NCBI GenBank assembly: GCA_965285935.1
Contig: OZ260662.1
Coordinates: 119,908,001 to 119,972,000, forward strand
Direction: 5' to 3'
DNA: 64,000 bases
From: Ophelia neglecta
Lineage: Eukaryota
Shown: in pieces, positions 61,301 to 64,000 of the stretch
Numbering within the stretch: the first letter of the stretch is position 1
Layout of the letters: each line of letters begins with the position of its first letter
Program-made: the position numbers and the translations under genes
Notes under the pieces: generated by a model
Seen by the model: the letters and a program-made list of their open reading frames with translations, nothing else
Database searches by the model: none
Told to the model about the DNA's origin: nothing

Positions 61301-63480
61301 TAAACCGACCCTCCCTGTCCTGACCAGATCTGCCATTAGCTATTATCAAACCAGCTGATTTACAAAGATTAAGGAGATTTTGCCCATATTCATTGGTAGG
61401 GGCTTTGTCTTGTGATTTACGAGGAGGTAACATATTGTCGTATATACACTCTGCGTGAAGATATATATCATTGTCACCCATGTCACCTTCGGAACCATTA
61501 TTATTGTTAATAACATCAGATGCATCTCTGGTCCTAGCATTAAAATCCCCAAATAATTACAAATGTGCTTGGCCCACGTCAACGAATTTAGTTAACAAAG
61601 TGTCACATAGGTTTTGTACAGCATGCGTTGAGCCTAGCGGGGGCATATAAACGGAACAAAGATATATAGGCCAGTCTCTGACAGAATCCAGCCTTAACCA
61701 TACCAGGTTGGCATTACAGTAATCATGATTAAGATCTAACATTGAGATACATGGAGTCAATTCTTTTTTAATGAAAATAGCCTGGCCTCCCGACCAACGT
61801 CGAGCTTTCACATGTTTATATTTCCTACAGTAATTATAAAACGTATACCCAGGCAGAGAGAAAATACTCTCAGGACAGCACCACGTTTCACTCAATGATC
61901 TTATATCATAAGATATCAATAAAGTATGATGTAAATCCAGTTTATGTTGTATATTCCACGTGAGTACATTTAGAGTTACCTCGTCTGCCACGGTCGCAGC
62001 CTGGGGAACTCCATCATGCAGCGTGGCTTTAAGTTTGTGGGCAAATTTGCTGATGCCGCGGTTGTTGTAGTGAAGACCATCCTGTCGATAGTTCTCCTCA
62101 GTTACCGCTGGTGTACATTCAGTAAAGTTCACGTAGGGGCATTTCTCCGCATGCTCTTTGAGGTACCTATTTACAGACACAATGTTACAATTCTTATTCG
62201 TCCAGTAGCAACGTAGCGGTAATGCCGAGATTAGTATGTCTGATTTTGGTGTAATGCGACGGATCGTATCCACCAGGTTGGTATAATCGAAGAAGATATC
62301 CACGGGTGATCTATCGTGTTCGACGTCAATGGTACCGGCCTTTATGACAACTGTGTTGGGACAATGCTTTCCTAACATTCCAGAAACCCGTCCTTCAATT
62401 TGCTGAATTGTGCGGCCTTTATTGACATAAACAATGCTCTCTCCAAGTAGGTGTTTCCAAACCCGCGAACCATTGATGTGCCAATTACAACAGTCGTAGG
62501 AGGTTTGATATGTGGTGAACAATCAGTTATAGTTAACACCGTATCTTCCTGGACCCCAGTTGCTGAGACTGGTAATGGCACTAGGCCTGGCTGATCACTG
62601 TTTGAACGTGGATAGTTCGTAGCTAAGTTTGGCGAATTGAGTGCTCGCATATCCGACGATGCAGATGCAGCCGAGGACGTATCTAACAAGATTGAGCCTG
62701 CTTTTTTTCGAGCGGCAGTTTTTTGCGGGGACACGCCTGCTTTGCGCCTGGCAGGGTGTGTATGGGCTGGTGTAACCGATAGCGGCGCTACTGTGTTTAT
62801 CACAGTGTTAATTGACTGATTTCCTATTTCGTCTTCGGACACTAAAGGGCTGAAGCGCGACTGGTGGGTAAGATCACGTCTTTCTGGCCGAAGCTCAGAG
62901 ATTAGGTGCTCCTGCCTGTCGATCTCTTTCTTGTAAGATGCTAGTTGCTTTAACCGGTGTTCATCCTGGCTACTTTTCTTAGTGAGTTGCTGTTTAAGTT
63001 TCTGTATAGATTGACTCAGCTTCTTCGCTTCGCAATCCGTGGACCGTGATTTATAAATAAACGTCAGACTACGGTTCTCATCTTTGAGATGATCTATTGT
63101 CTTTTTAAGTGATGTCATTTCCGAGTCCTTGTTATTAAGCTGAAATCTATGCTCGGGACAGGGATTTGGGACTCACTCAGCAGGAGCGTGAGGGGTGACA
63201 CTGGCGAGGAGACTGTTCCGGTAGCGGCCATGTTTTTCGTGTTGCTTCCTTGTTTTTGGACTTTTCCTAGAAACTTGTTTCTTTTTTGTACCGGGGAATC
63301 GTTTCTCGTTACATGAACAGCATAACCATAATTTGGCCCTGCTCCAGCAAGTTAATGCTGTTATGACTTTGCAATCGTCACAGCCATGTTTATCACTATA
63401 GCCCGACAAAGCTTATGGCGACAAAGCTGAGAAGTGGTGTGAAAGCCAATTGCAGTGGAACTCGAGCTATCGCATCTGCT
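58368..63480 (-). mobile_element. RTEX-like non-LTR retrotransposon with Cys-rich / coiled-coil / SGNH-esterase ORF1 (degenerate)
   Basis: Cys-rich piece 63409-63173, coiled coil, VVIGTSMVRG, VIKAGTID and DGLH (SGNH-like); LTWNI, LSETW, GDFNAR, IIANGR (APE); NYRPITLL, GVNQGG, LWADD (RT); RLCSHN...CCLC...EDEEHFLFKC. The 3' end has an AAGTCA-GTGA-TGACTT hairpin and an AATAAACTAAACT tail. Confidence 0.88.
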
Positions 63481-64000
63481 GTCAAACGGAGTGGTTCAGC
63501 TTAGAATTGCATGAATGTATTACGAGCATATATTAACTTCAGCGTTGAAGATAGGAAAATACACAGAAATACCCTTTAACAGTTTTTTCCTCGGTTTTCC
63601 AAAATGAAGTGTAACTTTCGTCTGAATATGAAAAGAACCATCCGTACAAACACAATTCGAATCACTATAAATCCCTTAATTTCGGTATATTATGTGCATC
63701 GATCAAAGAACGTCTTATCCATCTCACGCATGCGCGAAATATGCCATAGCCAAGTCTCGGATAAGCGTGGCTCGACCACGTGCTTCTTGGCGATTGACAG
63801 TAATATGATTGGTGCTCACCGATAAATCAGTCAAAAAGTCACTTTTTCATTGGTGCGATTTTAATGACAATTAGTGTAATTGGTGGTCACATAATCTGGC
63901 TCGAGGTTCCCAAAAATGTGTAAAAGCTTATTGCGGCTACATCTAGTTCAGGTGCGAAAAACCACCTTCTGGAGCCTTGTTTGTTGATTTCTAACCAAGT

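Overview
Eukaryotic (animal, most likely marine invertebrate; inferred from the repeat types and frequent G/C homopolymers) genomic window. The centre is a tandem array of CYP2-clan cytochrome P450 genes on the + strand. Two copies are complete and intact (A 22097-25904, B 33132-39979; five coding exons each, 494 aa). A third unit is represented only by its promoter, putative non-coding first exon and part of intron 1 (about 54970-57436); its coding exons are not in the window. All three promoters carry a perfect NFI palindrome next to a nuclear-receptor direct repeat, resembling the mammalian CYP2B PBREM. The copies have diverged through a probable conversion tract, a 29-bp P-like insertion at the TATA-like box, a microhomology deletion, a new intronic minisatellite and a LINE tail in a 3' UTR. 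The first 16 kb holds three GC-rich, hairpin-containing minisatellites (32, 39 and 59 bp units), MITEs and degenerate TE pieces. The region from 42 to 64 kb is a stack of minus-strand retroelements: L2, BEL/Pao and two RTEX-like LINEs. In both RTEX-like copies ORF2 is in frame with ORF1, separated by a single TAG with no AUG in one and fused without a stop in the other. No rRNA, tRNA or CRISPR array was recognised. All alignments were done by eye, so TE boundaries are approximate.
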